A stretch of 64,000 nucleotides of DNA from Sedimentisphaerales bacterium (GTDB lineage Bacteria > Planctomycetota > Phycisphaerae > Sedimentisphaerales > Anaerobacaceae), in assembly GCA_040772485.1 (NCBI GenBank), contig JAXGYC010000007.1, positions 416,001 to 480,000 of the forward strand. Direction: 5' to 3'. Under the pieces are notes generated by a model. It did no database searches. It was not told the DNA's origin and was given only the letters and a program-made list of their open reading frames with translations. Within the stretch, counting starts at the first letter, position 1; every line of letters starts with the position of its first letter. The translations under genes were made by a program, and so were the position numbers. Positions 43,131 to 53,300 of the stretch are shown here, one piece after another.

Positions 43131-45281
43131 ATGTCTGCGGGTTTGAAGCGTTCGATTGCGTGTGGTGTCCTGGCGCTTCTGGGGACAGTGACTCTCGTGA
43201 ATCCATCGACTCGGGCGGCCGTTGGCGGCGGTGCGAGTCCGGCCACTGCGGACGGGTACGACGACCACCGGCACATGATGGATCAATTGGGGATCCGGGC
43301 TCTGCGTCCGGGCGAGAGCGGTCAGAATCAAGAGCGGTTCACCGAGGATAATGCCAATCCCTACTACGACACGATGCCCGACGTGCTGACGATGAAGGAC
43401 CGAACCAGGGTGACCAGGCCCGAGCAATGGGCCGCGAGGCGTGCGGAAATCGTCGAGGACTTCGAGCGCGAGGTCTACGGGCGGATTCCGCCGAACGTGC
43501 CGAAGGTGGCCTGGGAGGTGACGGCAACGACCGAAGGCGACAGCGCGGGCGTCCCGATCATTACCAGGACGCTGGTCGGTCGCGTCGATAATTCGACGTG
43601 CCCGGAGATCGCGGTGAACATCGCGGCGAGCTTCACGGTCCCGGCCGGCGCAACGGAGCCGGTGCCCATGATGCTGGAGTTTGGATTCGGCGGCTTTGGC
43701 GGCGGGCGAGGCGGCCGCGGCGGGCCATCCTGGATGCAGCAGGCCATCGCCCACGGGTGGGGTTATGGTTTCATCAATCCCGGCAGCATCCAGGCCGACA
43801 GAGGCGGCATGAGTCTGCGCCAGGGCATCATCGGCCTGACCAACAAGGGCAAGCCTCGCCAGCCCGATCAATGGGGCGCCCTGCGGGCCTGGGGCTGGGG
43901 CGTCAGCCGGCTGATCGACTTCTTCGAGGCCAATCCCGACATCAAGGTGGACCCGAGGAAGGTCGGCATCGAGGGCGTCTCCCGCTTTGGGAAGGCCGCA
44001 CTGGTCGCGGCGGCCTTCGACGAACGCATCGCGGTCGCCTTTGTCGCCTCCTCCGGCGAGGGCGGGGCGAAGCTGCACCGCCACATATTTGGCGAGGCGC
44101 TCGAGAACCTCACCGGCAAGGGCGAATATCACTGGATGGCCGGCAATTTCCTCAAGTACGGCGCCTCCGATCCCTGCATGACCGCGGCCGATCTGCCCGT
44201 GGACTCGCACGAGCTGATCGCCTTGTGCGCCCCGCGTCCGTGCTTCATCAGCTACGGAGTCCCGCCGGGCGATCCGCCGTGGGTGGACGCTCGTGGCAGC
44301 TTCATGGCCGGCGTGCTGGCCGGCCCGATATACGAACTCCTGGGCAGGAAGGGTTTCGGCACGCCGGGCAACTACCTGACCGACCCGATGCCTCCGGTTG
44401 GAACGTTGACCGGAGGCGAGCTGGCCTGGCGCCAGCACGAAGGCGGCCACACGTCAGGCCCCAATTGGCCAACCTTCTTCGAATGGATAGGACGGTACAT
44501 CAAAGCTCCGCCGCTGCCGGCGGCGGCATCCACCGAACTCGCTGCCGTTCGGTCCGTCGAACGCACGGACCAGAACTCGCGAACCGCCCATGCCCAGTTG
44601 CTCGAAAAGGCAGGAAAGGGCCGCATCGATGTCTACTTCGAAGGTGATTCGATCACCCGCCGCTGGGGAGCGCTGGACTATCCCCAGCTACTGGCCAACT
44701 GGAAGCAGAACTTCTTCGGTTGGAACGCGGCGAATTTCGCCTGGGGCGGCGATGGCACTCGGAACATCCTCTGGCGTCTTGAGAACGGAGAGCTGGACAA
44801 CGTTCATCCCAAGGTCATCGTGCTCATGGGCGGCACGAACGACGTCGGCGGCTCGCCCTCGCGCGGGGATGATGATCCGAGAATCGCGGGGGTAACCGCA
44901 GGCATCAAGGCCATTCTCGATCTCTGCCGGGCCAGGGCGCCCGAGGCCACAATCATCCTGATGGGCATCACCCCGCGCAACGACCGCTCCGCCAATCCCA
45001 CGGCCGTTATGCCCGTGATCACGAAGATCAACGAGAACATCGCCAGACTCGCTGACGGCAGGATGATCCGGTATCTCAACATCAACGACCGACTCGCCGA
45101 CCAGAACGGCAGGCTGCACGACGGCATGACCGTCGATGGGCTGCACCTGTCGCTCAAAGGCTACCAGGTCTGGGCCGACGCCCTGAAACCGATCCTGACG
45201 GAACTGCTCGGCCCGCCCGCCGGCGAGGACCACGCCCCACCCCCCACCGGCGATCCCAGCGCAGCGACCAAGCGTCCGTAG
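43131..45281 (+). CDS. Secreted CE15-like (glucuronoyl esterase) domain fused to an SGNH/GDSL esterase
   Basis: WGALRAWGWGVSRLID, GVSRFGK (G-x-S-R-x-G-K), SGEGG, PVDSHELIALCAPRP, then GDSIT, GGDGT, GTND, DGLH. Confidence 0.85.
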   Translation: MSAGLKRSIACGVLALLGTVTLVNPSTRAAVGGGASPATADGYDDHRHMMDQLGIRALRPGESGQNQERFTEDNANPYYDTMPDVLTMKDRTRVTRPEQWAARRAEIVEDFEREVYGRIPPNVPKVAWEVTATTEGDSAGVPIITRTLVGRVDNSTCPEIAVNIAASFTVPAGATEPVPMMLEFGFGGFGGGRGGRGGPSWMQQAIAHGWGYGFINPGSIQADRGGMSLRQGIIGLTNKGKPRQPDQWGALRAWGWGVSRLIDFFEANPDIKVDPRKVGIEGVSRFGKAALVAAAFDERIAVAFVASSGEGGAKLHRHIFGEALENLTGKGEYHWMAGNFLKYGASDPCMTAADLPVDSHELIALCAPRPCFISYGVPPGDPPWVDARGSFMAGVLAGPIYELLGRKGFGTPGNYLTDPMPPVGTLTGGELAWRQHEGGHTSGPNWPTFFEWIGRYIKAPPLPAAASTELAAVRSVERTDQNSRTAHAQLLEKAGKGRIDVYFEGDSITRRWGALDYPQLLANWKQNFFGWNAANFAWGGDGTRNILWRLENGELDNVHPKVIVLMGGTNDVGGSPSRGDDDPRIAGVTAGIKAILDLCRARAPEATIILMGITPRNDRSANPTAVMPVITKINENIARLADGRMIRYLNINDRLADQNGRLHDGMTVDGLHLSLKGYQVWADALKPILTELLGPPAGEDHAPPPTGDPSAATKRP

Positions 45282-45307
45282 GAACCCAGTCCGGACGAGA
45301 ACTCCAC

Positions 45308-46126
45308 TCAATCAATGTACGGAACAGGAAAGGAATCGGCAGCCAGGGGGATGAGTACGCCGTCGATCACTATCTCAAGACAGGACTCTGTGCTCACGAA
45401 TTGCGGCGTCAGAGAATACGGGATCTCAATCTCTTCGCTGCCCTCCGGCCAGCTATCGTTGAAGCCGGCCAATCCTCCGAATGTGGCCGAGACCCACAGC
45501 CCGTGAAAATACTGCCGGTAGATGCCATACTCTTCGGCGGTGAAATCAGACCAAGTCAATTGGGCGCCGCCAATGCGCTCCGCCACGCTGACGATCCTGC
45601 GCATCCTCTCCCGCAGATCTTCGTCATGGAATCCGATCCTCAACACCAGGCGTGTCGCATGCTCGCCAGCAGGCGGCCAACCAAGGGCGAAAACGACCCT
45701 TTGCTCAGCGGGAAATGATAGAGACGAGGATCCGACCCGCTCCTCACCCGCACGCAAACGAATATAGCGCCCGGCATAGTCCCTCGGGACAGACGGCGAC
45801 CGTTCATACAGAACCTCAAGCTGCTTGCGTACCACAAGGGTTAGACCATCCTCCGCGATGTAGACGTCACTATACGGCGGCACGTCTTTGCCCTTGCTGT
45901 CCTTGAGATAGACCGCGTCGCAGACCCAGATGTCATGCGTGCGCCGATTGACGATCTTGTACCGCACATCCATGCTCTGGTCGTTGACGTCGAACCCCGT
46001 CAACACGATCATCGGAGCTGCTCCCTTCGACTCCGGGTGGCCGTCTCGTTGCCCCTCCGCTACGCCACGCCCCACCGACAACAGACAGACCACACACAGC
46101 ACAGACAACACCGCAAGCCCCTTCAT
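45308..46126 (-). CDS. Secreted hypothetical protein
   Basis: 272-aa ORF with signal-peptide-like N-terminus and AAGGG RBS; no recognised motif. Confidence 0.6.
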   Translation of the reverse strand: MKGLAVLSVLCVVCLLSVGRGVAEGQRDGHPESKGAAPMIVLTGFDVNDQSMDVRYKIVNRRTHDIWVCDAVYLKDSKGKDVPPYSDVYIAEDGLTLVVRKQLEVLYERSPSVPRDYAGRYIRLRAGEERVGSSSLSFPAEQRVVFALGWPPAGEHATRLVLRIGFHDEDLRERMRRIVSVAERIGGAQLTWSDFTAEEYGIYRQYFHGLWVSATFGGLAGFNDSWPEGSEEIEIPYSLTPQFVSTESCLEIVIDGVLIPLAADSFPVPYID

Positions 46127-46323
46127 CCCCGTGCCCTTTCGATCCTATGAGTGCAAAAACAAAAATCCCGATCGCGGAGACAGCCCAAGACAGACCACAG
46201 TCTACGGCGCCTTGTGACATATACATTGGCGCCACACGCCGCCGATGGCACCGCCGGACTCTCCGCAAATCTACTTCAGACGTTCCATCTCGCGCTCGCT
46301 TCTGCTACGGACAGATCAAGGCG

Positions 46324-46638
46324 TCAATCGGCGAACAGCTCAGCCAGGGCGTTGAGCAGATTCTGGCGCGTCTGGCCGGAGACGGCACCAACCTTCTTGA
46401 CAAGACGTTGTTTGTCCACGGTTCGGATCTGGTCGACGGCGGCCACGCCGGGCTTGCCGGCGACCTTTGTGGCTACGCGAAACGGATAGGTCCTGCCCGT
46501 GGTCAATGGGACCACGATCACGGTGCGCAGGTGCTTGTTCAACTCATCCGGACTGACAATGACGGCTGGTCGGGTCTTCTGGATCTCGCTGCCGATGGTG
46601 GGATCGAGGTTGAGCAACCAGACTTCGAATCGGTTCAT
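46324..46638 (-). CDS. mazF: Type II TA toxin, PemK/MazF family
   Basis: VWLLNLDPTIGSEIQKTRPAVIVS, VVPLTT, DQIRTVDKQRL. Confidence 0.93.
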   Translation of the reverse strand: MNRFEVWLLNLDPTIGSEIQKTRPAVIVSPDELNKHLRTVIVVPLTTGRTYPFRVATKVAGKPGVAAVDQIRTVDKQRLVKKVGAVSGQTRQNLLNALAELFAD

Positions 46639-46880
46639 TCCCAGGATCCTTCGAAGTCATTCAACGCGCCGTCCCAATCGGCCAAGTCATCTTGACCGCC
46701 GTCATGGCATGTCTGCGCGGCCGCCTCCCATCCGGCCCGAGCCGGACGCGCGGAAGAGAGAATGACTTTGCCGTCTTTGACTTCCAGATCGATCTGGTCT
46801 TCCAGACCCGCCTGCTCGATCACCGCCTTCGGCAGGCGAACGCCCTTGGAGTTCCCGATTCGTATCAGCGGTATCAGCAT
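46635..46880 (-). CDS. mazE: Type II TA antitoxin, AbrB/MazE family
   Basis: LIRIGNSKGVRLPK, RAGWE; ATGA overlap with the toxin. Confidence 0.9.
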   Translation of the reverse strand: MLIPLIRIGNSKGVRLPKAVIEQAGLEDQIDLEVKDGKVILSSARPARAGWEAAAQTCHDGGQDDLADWDGALNDFEGSWE

Positions 46881-46918
46881 ATCCGGACCTTTCCCATTCG
46901 CGACGCCAGCAACGGGCC

Positions 46919-46955
46919 GTAATTACAATATACCTACCGTCTGCGCCACCTGCAA
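46919..46955 (-). promoter_or_regulatory. TA operon promoter with palindromic operator candidate
   Basis: Minus strand TTGCAG-N17-TATATT directly followed by the palindrome GTAATTAC (46919-46926). Confidence 0.55.
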
Positions 46956-47027
46956 GGGAAAAACAGAGGATCAACAGCGTCCCAGGGTCGAAGGACACCG
47001 CCCTCAACCCAGTCGGTCCAGCGCCGG

Positions 47028-48041
47028 TCAGCGGTTGGCGTACATGGTGCGGTAGTAGTTCTGGTAGTCGCCGGAGACGACGTGGGCCAGCCACTGATCG
47101 TTGGCCAGGTACCAGTCGATGGTTTTGGCGATGCCTTCCTCGAACGTCACGGAGGGCTTCCAGCCGAGGTCGCGCATGATCTTGCCGGCGTCGATGGCGT
47201 AACGGCGATCGTGGCCGGGCCGATCCTTGACGTGCCGGATCAGCGTCTCGGGCTTGCCCACGTGCTGGAGGATGAGCCGGATCACTTCGAGGTTGGGCTT
47301 CTCGTTGCAGCCTCCGACGTTGTAGACCTCTCCCGGCCGCGCGTTCTGGAGCACGCACCAGATCGCGGTGCAGTGGTCGTAGACATAGAGCCAGTCGCGA
47401 ACGTAGAGGCCGTCGCCGTAGACGGGAAGCTCCTTGTCGTGAATCGCGTTGTGGATCATCAGCGGGATCAGCTTCTCGGGAAACTGATACGGCCCGTAGT
47501 TGTTCGAGCAGCGCGTGATGTTGTAAGGCAGACCCCAGGTGTGTCCGAACGCCTGCACGAAATGGTCAGCGGAGGCCTTGCTGGCCGAATAGGGCGAGTT
47601 CGGGCTCAGCGGCGTGCGCTCGGTGAACATCCCTTCGGACCCGAGCGAGCCGTAGACCTCGTCGGTGGAGACCTGGAGGAAGCGCGAGATCTTCTTGTCG
47701 CGGGCGGCCTCCAGCAGCGTCAGCGTACCGCCGACGTTGGTGTCGATGAAGATCTTCGGCCCGGTGATCGAGCGGTCGACATGACTTTCGGCCGCGAAGT
47801 TGACGATGGCGTCGATCCGGTGTTCATCGAGCAGCCGCGTGACGAGCGGACCGTCGCAGATGTCTCCGTGGACGAACCGGTGATTCTCGTGCGACATGAA
47901 TTCCGTGAGGTTCTCGAGATTGCCGGCGTACGTCAGCTTGTCGAGATTGACGACCAGGCAGTCGGGGTGCTCCGACAGGACCATGCGAACGAAGTTGCTG
48001 CCGATGAACCCGGCTCCGCCGGTGACCAGGAGTCTTCTCAT
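47028..48041 (-). CDS. rmlB: dTDP-glucose 4,6-dehydratase
   Basis: LVTGGAGFIGSNF, DKLTYAGN, AAESHVDRSI, VSTDEVYG, YSASK, RCSNNYGP, DRPGHDRRY. Confidence 0.97.
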   Translation of the reverse strand: MRRLLVTGGAGFIGSNFVRMVLSEHPDCLVVNLDKLTYAGNLENLTEFMSHENHRFVHGDICDGPLVTRLLDEHRIDAIVNFAAESHVDRSITGPKIFIDTNVGGTLTLLEAARDKKISRFLQVSTDEVYGSLGSEGMFTERTPLSPNSPYSASKASADHFVQAFGHTWGLPYNITRCSNNYGPYQFPEKLIPLMIHNAIHDKELPVYGDGLYVRDWLYVYDHCTAIWCVLQNARPGEVYNVGGCNEKPNLEVIRLILQHVGKPETLIRHVKDRPGHDRRYAIDAGKIMRDLGWKPSVTFEEGIAKTIDWYLANDQWLAHVVSGDYQNYYRTMYANR

Positions 48042-48901
48042 AGCTGCCTCAGGAAACGTTCGAGCCCCTGCTGCCACGGCTCGAGGGGGGTTTTCAACAG
48101 GGCCTGGATTTTGCTGCAATCAAAGCGGCTGTTCAAGGGCCGGTCGGTGGGCGCAGAGTACTCGCGGCTGCAACATGGACGCAGGTCCACGTCCAGGCCG
48201 AGCCGTTCGAAAACGAACTGGGTCATTCCGAACCGGCTGACATAGCCGGCGCTGGCCAGGTGGAAGGTCCCCTGGGTCCTTTGTCCCAGCAGTTCGCAAA
48301 CCGCCTGCGCCACCAGCGTCGTTGGCGTGGGCGATCCGATCTGGTCTTCGACCACGACGAGCGGCAGGCCCGTCTTGGCGCGTTCGATCGTCTTGGTCAC
48401 GAAGTTGCTGCCGTACGCGCCATAGGTCCACTCCAGCCGGACCAGGCAATAGGAGCAGCCGCTGCGGGCAAGCAATTCTTCTCCGCCCAACTTGCTCCGG
48501 CCGTACTCGTTGATCGGGTTGGGACTGTCCGTTTCCTGGTAGGGACGCTCCAGCGTCCCGTCGAAAACGAAATCCGTGCTGAAATGAAGGACCCACTTGC
48601 CAAGCCGCGCCGCCAGTTCGCCGAGGCAGCCCACGCCCTGAGCGTTCACGCGGTGCGCCAGCTCCACGTGGGTCTCGGCGCCGTCAACGTCCGTGTACGC
48701 AGCACAGTTGATCACGGCGTCCGAAGTCTCGACCACGTTCCGCACGTGCTCCGTGTCGGTGATGTTGAATTCGGGCAGATCATAGCTGTGGACGTCAAAC
48801 CCTCTGGCGGCACACGCGGCCACCAGATCGGTCCCGAGCATTCCCTTGCCTCCGAGAACCGCCACCACAGGCTTACGGACGTGCCCGGCCTCACGTGTCA
48901 C
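48038..48901 (-). CDS. rmlD: dTDP-4-dehydrorhamnose reductase
   Basis: GGKGMLG, NCAAYTDVDGAE, STDFVFDG, YGRSKLGGE, DQIGSPT, RPLNSRFD; GTGA overlap with the rmlA stop. Confidence 0.94.
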   Translation of the reverse strand: MTREAGHVRKPVVAVLGGKGMLGTDLVAACAARGFDVHSYDLPEFNITDTEHVRNVVETSDAVINCAAYTDVDGAETHVELAHRVNAQGVGCLGELAARLGKWVLHFSTDFVFDGTLERPYQETDSPNPINEYGRSKLGGEELLARSGCSYCLVRLEWTYGAYGSNFVTKTIERAKTGLPLVVVEDQIGSPTPTTLVAQAVCELLGQRTQGTFHLASAGYVSRFGMTQFVFERLGLDVDLRPCCSREYSAPTDRPLNSRFDCSKIQALLKTPLEPWQQGLERFLRQL

Positions 48902-49623
48902 TTTGGCGGCTCCTTCTGCACCAGATCGTTGGCCTTGGCGAGCGACTCGAACGTACCGGCGTCGGTCCACCATCCCTCCAGAACGTCATAGCCCAGTTGT
49001 CCGCTGCGCACATACGCGTTGTTGACGTCGGTGATCTCCAGCTCTCCCCGGGCCGACGGCTTCAACGTTCGGATGATGTCGAACACCGCCGAATCATAGA
49101 AATACACCCCGATGATCGCATGGTTGGACTTGGGGGCCTTGGGCTTCTCTTCGATCCCCACGACCCTGCCGTCGCGGATCTCCGCCACGCCGAACCGCTC
49201 GGGGTCAGGCACTTGTTTGAGCAGCAGGCGGGCGCCCCGGCCCTGCTCGACAAACCGTCCCGCGTACGCCGTCAGGTCCGCCTGGAAGACGTTGTCTCCA
49301 AGGATCACCGCCACCGAATCGCCGTTGGCGAAGTTCTCCGCCAGCCCCAGAGCCTGGGCGATCCCGCCGGCCTCATCCTGGACCTTGTACGTGAAACGAC
49401 AATGGAACTCCCGTCCCGAGCCCAGCAACCCGACGACGTCCCCCATGTGTTCGACACCGGTGACGATCAGGACTTCTTCGATTCCGATGCCGGTGAGCTT
49501 CTCGATGGGGTAGTAGATCATGGGCTTGTGCCCTATGGGCAGCAGGTGCTTGTTCGTGACCTTCGTCAAGGGTCGCAGGCGCGACCCCGTTCCTCCGGCA
49601 AGCACGACACCTCGTAGGCTCAT
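48898..49623 (-). CDS. rmlA: Glucose-1-phosphate thymidylyltransferase (short RmlA/SpsI type)
   Basis: GVVLAGGTGSRLRPLTKVTNKHLLP, GGIAQAL, LGDN, EEKP, SARGELEITD, WTDAGT. Confidence 0.92.
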   Translation of the reverse strand: MSLRGVVLAGGTGSRLRPLTKVTNKHLLPIGHKPMIYYPIEKLTGIGIEEVLIVTGVEHMGDVVGLLGSGREFHCRFTYKVQDEAGGIAQALGLAENFANGDSVAVILGDNVFQADLTAYAGRFVEQGRGARLLLKQVPDPERFGVAEIRDGRVVGIEEKPKAPKSNHAIIGVYFYDSAVFDIIRTLKPSARGELEITDVNNAYVRSGQLGYDVLEGWWTDAGTFESLAKANDLVQKEPPK

Positions 49624-49711
49624 CGTTGTGTCCTCAACAACATGACCAGGCTCCTGGCATGTCTGCGGCACGGTATCACCCGGCTGCCGCATCCCTTGTT
49701 ATCGAAAGTGT

Positions 49712-49741
49712 TTGACAGTTCCTTCGAAAAGAGGCTATATT
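49712..49741 (+). promoter_or_regulatory. sigma70-type promoter for tRNA-Lys
   Basis: TTGACA-N18-TATATT. Confidence 0.65.
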
Positions 49742-49761
49742 ACCACGACTTAGACGAACAT

Positions 49762-49834
49762 GGGAGTGTAGCTCAGTCGGCAGAGCAACGCACTTTTAAT
49801 GCGTAGGTCCTGGGTTCGAGTCCCAGCACTCTCA
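49762..49834 (+). tRNA. tRNA-Lys (UUU); CCA not encoded
   Basis: GGGAGTGTAGCTCAGTCGGCAGAGCAACGCACTTTTAATGCGTAGGTCCTGGGTTCGAGTCCCAGCACTCTCA folds as a cloverleaf with TTT anticodon. Confidence 0.96.
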
Positions 49835-50173
49835 TTGGTCCGGTCTCGCCAACCACACTCATCTGTATCGTTTCGCCTTCACCTCCAATGCCCTGGTTTC
49901 GACCTCGGCTGCGAGCGAGCTCCAAAATGCAGAGCCGATCGCTTTCATAGAACATCGGTTGGATCAACCCATAACTTGAGACTCGGCTAAATGTTTACAA
50001 AAGCGATACTTACAGGATGCGCGCGCTCGGCCGACAATGTCGCGCTCGGCAGGCTCGACGCCGGGCGGTTGCGCAGTTTCCCGGAAGGAGATCGGCCGAA
50101 GGTGGACGCATCGCGGCGTGTGTCGCACGTCCGAAAAAACACTTCCTCAGACGGATAAATGGGGACTTTTCCA

Positions 50174-50201
50174 TTGCTTTCCGGCCGACCGTCGGTATAG
50201 T
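50174..50201 (+). promoter_or_regulatory. Candidate promoter of the GEVED/Cys-repeat gene
   Basis: TTGCTT-N16-TATAGT about 195 nt upstream of 50397. Confidence 0.45.
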
Positions 50202-50396
50202 CGATGCGGATTAATGGCTGTCTCAGGAGGAGGTCACAGCGCACGCCGCGTCATTCATCTGCGCCGTGCGGCAAGCCTCTATGCATCACGATTCCAAAAG
50301 ACAAAGTCCGGAAAAAGACTTGCCCGCGTCGGCGTCTCGTTCCGGGCGGCTCTTCGTACGAGTTTAGGTTTTGTCCAAGGCCACGGACAGGAGGGT

Positions 50397-53300
50397 ATGA
50401 CCATGAGAGGGTCGACAGAATCTCGTTCGCTCGGGGCGGTTCTGCCCGTCATCTTCATCGTGATTGCCGGGCTGATGTCGTCCGGCCTCGCCCAGTCGAT
50501 GGGCGATTGCGGCTGGCAGGACGGTCCGTTCCACAAGATGCACTGGCCGCAACTGCCGAATCTGACAGCAACCGGCAGCGCCGTGAGCCTCACGGGCGCG
50601 ACTGTGGCTGACGATTTCCTCTGCACCGCCACCGGCCCGATCCGAGGCATTCACCTTTGGGCCTCGTTCCGCAGCGACGACCTGCCCAAGGAAGGGGCGG
50701 ACAGCCTGACGATCAGGCTGAACCTCTATGCGGGCGTTCCCGCCGAGGGCCCCAAGTGGGGCCAGCCGGGCGAACTGCTCTGGACCAGGACCTTCTCGCC
50801 GGGCCGGTACACCGTCCAGGCCGTTCACAATGGGCCGCAGGATTGGCACGACCCTACGACGCAAGCGTACACTTGGGCCGATCACCGGCAGACCTATCAG
50901 TACGACTTCTCCGTGCAGGATGACCCGTTTATGCAGCAGGAGGGAAACACGTACTGGCTGGCCGTCGGCGTCGTCGAATCGGACACCAACTGTGCCCTTG
51001 GATGGAAGACCACCTCGCGCCGATGGCAGTGGAGCGACAGCGCGGTCTGCCTGACGCAGAGCCAGTGGAGCTGGATACCTGTGGGTTACCCGGACGGACA
51101 CGAGGATGCCGGCGCTCCCATAGGGCTGGCTTTCGTCATCACCGGCGGCGACGACACCGCGCCCGAATATGACCTCGGCGACGCGCCGGACAGCACCGGC
51201 AACTTCCCGGCGGTGAAGGTGCCCGCGTACCCATGCGGCGTCGCAGGCAGTTTTCCGACAGTGTACCAGGCCGGCAGTCCGCCCTATGGTCCCCTCCACC
51301 GGCAGCCCCGTGACGCGTTCTATCTCGGCGCCCGCGTCAGCCTCGAAAGCGAGGCCGACCTCGGCCCGGACGAAGACGGTCTCAACAATCTCGATCCGCC
51401 GTCCGACGCGTCCAATCGCGACGGGGGTGACGACGGCCTTGGCCTGCCCGTGGTGATGCCGCATCTCGGGCAGACAACTCTGACGTACACCCTCACGAAG
51501 ACGAGCCATCTGGCCCAGGCGGTCTATGTCAATGTCTGGTGCGATTGGAATCGCGACGGGGACTGGAACGACACGATCCTCGCGACGGACGGCACATGGA
51601 TCGCGGAATGGGTCGTCCAGGACCACCAGCCGAACGTGTCCGAGCCGGGGACCTTCACGTTCACGACCCCGGCGTTCACTTGCTGGCATCCTGTGGCCGA
51701 CAACGGAGATCCGATCTGGGTGCGAATCATCGCTTCCGAGCAAAGCTGGCAAGACGCCATCGCCGCTCCGAGGGTGGGCGGCGCAGGTCCGGCCGTCGGC
51801 TACCAGTATGGCGAGACGGAAGACTACTACCTGCGGCCGCTCCATGAGCCGATCGCCGTGCAGTACGACTGGGGTGATGCCCCCACAGGATATCCGACCC
51901 TCTCGGCCCACAACGGCGCTCGTCACATCGCCGCCGGGCCGTGGCTGGGAGGCGAACAGGATGCGCCCGATGCGGAGAACGACGGATGTCCTCAAGCCGG
52001 CGCTCTTGGCGACGACAACACCGGCAGGAATGACGAGAACGGCGTGGCGATCCCTCCTCTGGTCCAGGGACTGGACGCCTCGATCACCGTCCAGGTCAAT
52101 GGGGGCGGTGGCATCGTTCAAGGCTGGATCGACTTCGATGCGGACGGGATCTGGCAGGCCGACGAGAAGCTCTACGATACGTTCCTGCCGGATGGTGTCC
52201 ACGTCCTGTCTCTGAACGTCCCCGAGGATGCAACGGTCGGACAGACCTTTGCGAGATTCCGCATCAGCAACTCCGGCGATCTTGATCCTCAGGGCCTCGC
52301 AGCCACCGGAGAAGTCGAGGATCACGAAGTCTGGATCGAGGCGATGCTCTCCAACGTGAAGTGTTGTCAGCAACCCGATCTGACGCCGCATGGCATCGCC
52401 CTTCGCATCGACGGGGACCAGGAATCGCCCCGCGCGATGGCGGACGATTTCAAATGCACCAGCCGCGACCGGCTGACCCACATTCGCCTCTGGGGCTCCT
52501 GGAAGAACGATCAGAAAGGCCGGATCGATCTGGTTCGTCTTCGTATTCACGCCGACGATCCAGCCGGACCCGAGGGCGCCGACAGAACGAACGCGTTCAG
52601 CAAACCTCGTCCGGAGATTCTGTGGGACAAGCAGTTCGGCCCAGGCGCGTATCAGGAAAGCCTCTATCACGCGACGACTCTCGGCGGCCGGTGGTGGTGG
52701 GACCCCGCCTCCGGCCAGGCGATCTGTGACGACCACACCCAGGTCTGGCAGCTTGACTTCGCGATCGATCCGGAGGAGGCTTTTCTCCAGGAAGGGTCCG
52801 AGCAGGCCCCATGCGTCTACTGGCTGTCGGTCGAAGTACAGACCACAGGCGGCCAGTTTGGCTGGACGACGCGCCGCTGGCCCGACCACTTTATGGACGA
52901 CGCCGTATCGGACCTCGGCAGCAAGCTGCCCCGGCCCTGGCAGGAACTGCGCTATCCGAAGGGACATCCGTACTACGATTGCCGTCAGAACTCCATCGAC
53001 ATGGCCTTCTGTCTGATGTACTCGGCGAACGGTTCCGGCGAGCCCGTCACTTCGCGTCCGGCGACCGTGACCTACTGTCCGGCCATCGAGACGATGTGTC
53101 CGGCAACGGAGACGAAGTGCCCCGCCACGGCGACCAGATGCCCCGCCGTGGAGACGCAGTGTCCGGCGACGGAGACGCAGTGCCCGCCGATGCCCACGCG
53201 ATGTCCGGCGGTAGCGACCGAGTGTCCGGCGAACATCACGCAGTGCCCTACGATGGAGACGATGTGCCCCGCGACAGAGACGAAATGCCCGATCGCGATA

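Noticed and set aside
49986..50015. AT-rich weakly palindromic stretch (TAAATGTTTACAAAAGCGATACTTA) as a dif/att-like site
   Set aside because: Symmetry is too degenerate and there is no recombinase nearby.
50037..50396. N-terminal 120-aa extension of the 1213-aa ORF, or a riboswitch in this leader
   Set aside because: The RBS and signal peptide point to a start at 50397. I could not match the leader to a known riboswitch consensus; an Rfam search would settle it.
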